A stretch of 64,000 bases of DNA, taken from Balanoglossus misakiensis. Lineage: Eukaryota > Animalia > Hemichordata. The notes beneath the pieces are model-generated. The model was given only the letters and a program-made list of their open reading frames with translations. It was not told where the DNA came from and ran no database searches. Made by a program: the position numbers and the translations under genes. This document shows, in pieces, positions 51,732 to 64,000 of the stretch. Where the stretch lies: positions 3,688,014 to 3,752,013 of the forward strand of contig CM082597.2 in assembly GCA_040954595.2 (NCBI GenBank), written 5' to 3'. Each line of letters starts with the position of its first letter. Within the stretch, counting starts at the first letter, position 1.

Positions 51732-53253
51732 ATGCAGTCTTTACTGTTATTTTCCCTGCTTTGCCTATACAGCACTCTTGTGACTGGTGTCCTGAAGGCA
51801 AGAGAAGACTCGTGTATGATATTTTCGACACGATACCTCGACATTCTGGTGAACAACGAGGCTCTCACCTATGAAGCTCCCTGTCCCAAGAATCTGAAGC
51901 AAACGTTGTACGAAACCGAAGCACTGCAGCCGGTTGGAAACGACACTTGGTATTTCGCGACGTCTGACGATATAGAGACAACGAATTCTGTACTGTTGCT
52001 GAGTGTGAACAAGCAAGTCGTGGAAGGCAATCCCAACATTGATCTGGTAAGAAAATGCTGTTTCTCTGCATGTTCGCAAAAAAATAGGTTGAAATGCTTT
52101 AGAATAGAGTCCTTTATCAATTACGTTTGGTTGAAGCTGCAAAGGATCGTACAAACACAACTTTGTTCGATTTAAATCATATTTTGGCCGTATTGGTATC
52201 CGCGGAAACCTAAATTTTTGGCCGAGCATGTTCTTGAGACTAACCACTTGCGCTATCATTAGAGGAAACCGAGCAATGACTGTATGTAATGACTGTACCA
52301 ATTTGGCGATTTTATCGAATGATATGAGTTTTACAAAAGGCGACCACAGTGGTCCTATGGTTTGATATTCGTCTGGTTTTGAATTTTTAAATGCTATAGA
52401 CTGTTTAAACCTGTCTAACTTACTGGTGTTTAAAGTAAAATTATTCCTTGATCCTATTTGAAATAACAGACAATTGTAATAGTTTGCTACACAGGTAGCA
52501 ATGGAAGCAGTGTGATCGTTATTCTAACGTCGAATTTATTTTTGTATACTGCAGGGTAACTCTACTGGTTATCCAAGGGATGAGTGTGGAGTGTGTTTGG
52601 TTGAACATTACTCCAATGGATGGAGCATATTCAACTGCAAAGATTTGGATGAGACTAACGTAAGTCGTCACATTTTCTACCCATCGCTTTTCTCGGGAAT
52701 AAGGTACAATTTCATTCAAAGAAAAAGCGTTTTCAATTTGTGTCTAACACTGCTTGTTATACTGTCTATATGAGGTTATACATAGCTTAATATGATTATG
52801 GATACATTATCGACGAGAGAGTCATAAACGTTATTGCAATATTGTTGTTAGATGTGGTACACAGCTGTACCGTTGGGGGAGGGGGGCTAATTACCCCCAT
52901 GGTACACCTGCGTACCACAGTTATATTGTTGTGTGTCCACAACTGAGGTGGGTTTATCTAAATCTCCAAATCATTTCCATAGCAACATTTTATTTCTCGA
53001 TTTGAATATATGAACTACCAAACTGCGCATTATGTGTGGGACACCAGATTTTGATGAACCATGGTTAATATATTTCACTAACAGCTATTTTCTTATTGTT
53101 GTATGATTATTATAGGAATGCCCTGCTATGCTGGACCAAGAGATTCGCTTCTGGCCTCCAGGAGCCAAGAGTGCCCACGAAGTTATGGTGGAATATTGTT
53201 GGCATATTGCAAGCTACAAATACCTCTGCAGGCTGTTCTTCTTCTACATATAA
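51732..53253 (+). CDS. Unknown secreted Cys-containing protein, copy 2 (exons 51732-52046, 52555-52659, 53116-53253)
   Basis: Paralog of 47674-48919 with identical exon lengths (315/105/138 nt); AATAAA at ~53276 and ~53392. Confidence 0.8.
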
Positions 53254-53817
53254 GCACGCCTGATTATCTCCAAGAAATAAAATATGGAGAATATTTATTC
53301 ATCATGAAGCTTGCATGTTCGAGTTGTTGATTTCTTTCTCTTTTGAGATTTTCGGGTTAGGCTTCTCTTTACTAGTCTATTGCTGTCAATCAATAAAGCG
53401 TATTTAAAATGCAAACGTACGGAATCTGTGTTTAAATACAATAAACCAATGTATGTATGTATGTATGTATGTATGTATGTATGTATGTATGTATGTCTAT
53501 GCTGAACACTGGGAATAGTACACAGTCAAACAAAATAAACTAACGTTATTCGACTTTGTAACTGAATTTTGGGTCATTGTGGGGAGAGAAAAACATGTCT
53601 GTTCAAGCTCACGACATTTCAGACTTGAACTCAGAACCATGTTGCATAAATCCTGCATGAAAAAGACATCTTATATGCACCGAAAACGTCTGCAAACATG
53701 TGGATGCGTCACAGTATAGAGGGCAGTGTTGCAAGTAAACAGCGCCCCTAACGCCGGTGCCATCTACATTACTTGAGGAAAGAACGCTCGAACATTTATA
53801 TCCAGCCGTGTTCCAAT

Positions 53818-60311
<6,494 letters not shown>

Positions 60312-61155
60312 ACTGAAGTGTACCCTGAAATACAACGAAACTTTAAAAAAATATTTTGTATGTAAATAGTTTTGACATGATAAAATCATTTGACGAGCTT
60401 AGCCAGTGTTTCGTTCCTGCAGATTTTTAATTATGTGCATTGCATCAACAAACAGTATAAGATTTGCTTATTAGTTTTCAAGATAGATGTGTTATTCTTT
60501 TGTCAAGTTGTAGAGCAAAGAAAAGTGAATGTTACTAGCAGAGTCCCTGCCAACCCTTATTTTGGGGGAAAATAGTGTGGTCCTATGCAGAGAACTATAT
60601 GATCATAGCATTTCTCGTCAAAATGAGGGTAAGACTGGGTTCTGTGATTTCCCCTCTGAATAATGTCAGGACTAGAAGCACGGACTGTGTATACTTATCG
60701 ATTTAAAAAATACACCACCTAAGCACCACGCAGGATAGGTATGGTGTGCTTGAAACCACCATTTGCCTGTTCAACACGGCAGATATCTCTTGGAGTATTG
60801 TGTGATGGTTGAGGCGTTTGAATATTAAAAAATGTTCCACTATGATATTATCTGTGTATGGGACTCCTCATTTCATGATTCTGCAAATTACAACCCTTAG
60901 TTTCCTATTTAGTAGTTTCCTAATTTTATTGGTATTTTAAAAATGTTTTCCTGGTTTTTTGTTTGTTTACTTTTATCAATGGAGAAATGCACACCCAAAT
61001 CTTAACTTCTGAAACAGTAACTTGTTACAGCCTGTACTTTTTCAGAATTCCGTTTATTAATCTTGATACAAAAGTAAAATACTTTGTCATAAATACATGT
61101 ATAGTAACGCTGAGTAAACAAAAGTGAATTGTTTGAAAGTGACGGCAGGTCAGGC

Positions 61156-63801
61156 TCAGGTGAGTTCCTCAATCAGTTTCTTCCCTGGCTTAGGGGGCTT
61201 TGTGCCTCCCCAAGTTTCTTCCAATTTGTTCTGCACTTCCTGTTGTTGCTCTTCCTCACTTTTCATGGACACTGCAAAATTGAAGAAAGAAAAGAACGCG
61301 TTCAAGAAACACAATCAGCTGTGATGAAGAAGGATTTGCAACTAGTTGGATAATCGTCTGAAACACTTCATTCTTGTAAGTAATTGCTCTCAACTTTTGG
61401 CAGTTCAGTGACAGTTAAGTTTGAAACTACACTTGCCCAATCACTGATAGTTTGGTGGGTGAAAAATACATGAAAACACATTTGGACTCTACTCTTCAAA
61501 AACAAAAATCTTTACCATATTCCATATGCACCTCCAAGGCAAGTGGTTTCAGAATATCACTGTAATCAACACACCAAGCCAGCAGAAATAAGACTTTTTT
61601 TCTGGCATGGAACAACTTTGTCTTCAACTTGGCAGCTTTAGTGCTAGTAGAACTGTCATCTTCACCATCAACTTTATCGGTTGGCTTCACTTTGCTTTCT
61701 ACAAAGACATGAAAAAAAATTACTCTTGACATGCTGACGATAAAATAATTAGCAACAGGCTAAATTCAAAGTATTCAATATACATGTATATGCATACCCG
61801 ATAGTAGACATTCATATAGAGTTTGAAAAAGTCATCATTGTTTTTAAAAGCAGCTGAGAGCAAATACATGGGTTGTGTTCGACTCTGAGAGAGGCTTTTC
61901 AATTTGAAAATTCCAACCCCCCTTCCATTATGTAGTGTTCCAAATTTACCATATAAAACAACGGATTTGGACCAAACTAGGCTAGTTGAAGGGTTAAACT
62001 TACTTCTTTCGATTGCTCTCTTGGCTACCGTCAGCAATCTGTGCAAATCTGACAATGCTGCCATAGTGTAGAGAAGTGGTTTCTGCTTACTGGGGCCCGT
62101 CAATATTCTGATTACATCAGCCAGTGTGGAGGTCATAAAAGATATGCCACTCCTCAAAGATTTGTCCTGTAAAAATACACTTGAATGATATCATCAAATA
62201 AGGGTAGTTTTGATTTATAACTGAGCAAAATTTAGTCACAAAGAAATTCTGGTAATAGTTGTTGTAAGAGGTTAGTGTGTGGTGGTAATACATGTCTAGC
62301 CACAGTTGAATACGACAAAGATACAATTATGTTAAAACAGGCAGCTACAGATCCCACATTTAGATTTGGAATGAACATATACCATTCCCTCTAGATGAAT
62401 ATGCCGTGTGTAACTAACCTGGTTAAGTCTGTGTATTACACTATGTATGGCCTCCTCAGTGCTGTTGTATGTCTTGTTTTCGGACAACGCATGCGATACA
62501 CGCAGACAATCCTGCGCCAAGACGAAGATGCCAGCATTAGTATTAAACCACAAGCAACTACAGCTATACTGACAGTGCAAATTTGCCAGTCCTCCATTTA
62601 ATTATACATTCTGGAATGATGTTTTTACAATTTGTATATAATGTAACATTCCTTCTTCCCACCCAAAATAATTTAAAATGTGAGCAAATTGTTTAACTAT
62701 ATGTTGCATGGTCACAAAGGCAGAAATTGGTTCTCCTTTGGTTATAGCCTATCTTATAGAACTGTGGAGAAAATAATAGTTACCTGAGTTGATTGTACGG
62801 CAACGTCAAAGTGTGAGCCATTGTAGAACTGTACAATATATACATAGGTAAATCTACATAGTAGTTAAAAATTATACACATACAGTATATAGCTGACATG
62901 ATCTGAACACTGTATTTGGTTACAGTGCATTTTGTCTAACGAAAAATGTACCACTTTTACAAATAGTTACTTGAGTTGATTGTACAGCAAGATCAAAGTG
63001 AGAACCATTGTAGAACTGTACTATATATACATAGGTAAATCTAAACAGGAGTTAAAAATTAATGAATATTGAAGAAAAAAAGACAATAGGATCTTCTCTT
63101 GTTTATTACCTATATTTTACAAGTTAGTGTACAAACTTGCTATTAAGCAAATCAACTTTATAACAATATGAGGTGAATCAGGTTCAAAAGACATCACAAA
63201 TATAAGATATATAAGATTAAAATTTAAAGGATACACGACTTCAACCAGATTGAACTGCACACAGTCAGCAGGCTTACAACTTTTCAGAAGTTCTGTCAAC
63301 TTTGGAATCTTCTCAAGAACTCTTGGACACTGACACACATCTTCTGTAGTGTCTTTTTGCATTTCGTCATCCAATTTGAATTCTTCTATAAGCTTTTGAT
63401 CCTGTCGCAGGAAAATTGAGAACTATTAATAAAAAATATCCAATGTCACTGACTGAAATTTCATATCCTCTATTTATGGAAAGTAACAGCAGTTACAGGC
63501 TTTAATATTTCTGCTAACATATCACAAGAAATGCCCATGTGCACATACCAGGATAGTTGTGTACTCTTTTAATGGTCAGGTGAATAAACTCAAATTGAAC
63601 ATTCTATGTTCGAGAGTATTACATTATTTAAAATTTTGGTAGGCTTTAATCTCTTACATTAAAACACCAAACAAACCTGCTTTTTCCACCATGGTTTCCA
63701 AAGTGTGACTAGACCCCCTAGCTTGCCCTCTTTTATCAAACGTTGGAATTCCTGCTTCTCTTCTCCTGTCAACTTTTCCCACAATGCACCTGTGTCCTTA
63801 T
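61156..63801 (-). CDS. ZNHIT2: Zinc finger HIT domain protein 2, 3' portion (5' end beyond the window)
   Basis: LWEKLTGEEKQEFQRLI..LWKPWW; VQFNLVEVVFTYVY..FYNG; ARKKVLFLLAW; LEETWGG..KLIEELT*. These match ZNHIT2 motifs as I recall them. Exons ~63678-63801, 63235-63401, [62971-63040 or 62784-62853], 62420-62511, 62003-62166, 61517-61697, 61156-61271. Confidence 0.85.
63226..63234 (-). other. U12-type (minor spliceosome) 5' splice site GTATCCTTT
   Basis: Exact consensus at the point where the ZNHIT2 frame requires a phase-2 intron. Confidence 0.8.
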
Positions 63802-63875
63802 CTGGGGAAAAAAATACAGTTAGTAATCTGAAAACTTTTCATTCGTAAAACACACACACATGACCTGATGAAGGT

Positions 63876-63959
63876 TTAACCCTTTCACCACCATGGTTTG
63901 GTCAAAATCCATTAGTTACTATGGCAAAGTTGGACCTCTTCACAAGGAAAGGGGGTGAA
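63876..63959. mobile_element. ~80-bp TTAA-CCCTT MITE-like element; a diverged inverted copy at ~61915-61997
   Basis: TTAACCCTT..TTTGGTC.AAATCC..TATGG.AAA.TTGGA..GGAA.GGGGG shared between the two intronic copies. Confidence 0.45.
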
Positions 63960-64000
63960 CCTTGCACGCAAAAAAAATATATATACCCACTAACCAAGAT

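Larger units (their letters stand above)
47355..53497. repeat. Inverted duplication: left arm ~47355-49125, right arm ~51493-53497, each bounded outward by a (TATG)n tract
   Basis: Reverse-complement similarity over promoter, exons and 3' flank (e.g. 47479-47812 vs 53110-53450). Confidence 0.9.

Overview
Eukaryotic (animal) genomic DNA: AT-rich, intron-containing and full of microsatellites. The gene style suggests an invertebrate deuterostome such as an acorn worm, amphioxus or echinoderm (inference only). Genes were reconstructed by hand from GT-AG splice sites. In order along the window: two paralogous small secreted peptide precursors; a single-exon RBCC/TRIM gene; four 3-exon claudin/PMP22-like genes; a 23-exon DEG/ENaC channel whose ectodomain carries an inserted LDLa x3 - F-type lectin x3 - PAN - LDLa cassette; a secreted thyroglobulin-1/WAP/15xLDLa protein; a TRIM-NHL gene; a secreted protein made only of two astacin-type 'FEGDI' propeptides; an inverted duplicate pair of an unknown 3-exon secreted protein; NDUFS2; and the 3' part of ZNHIT2. 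The strongest leads are (1) a lectin-bearing DEG/ENaC with an intact fucose-binding motif, (2) the stand-alone astacin-propeptide protein (candidate inhibitor), and (3) duplicated ZNHIT2 exons with U12/U2-incompatible splice sites (candidate mutually exclusive exons). No database searches were run, so novelty is unverified.
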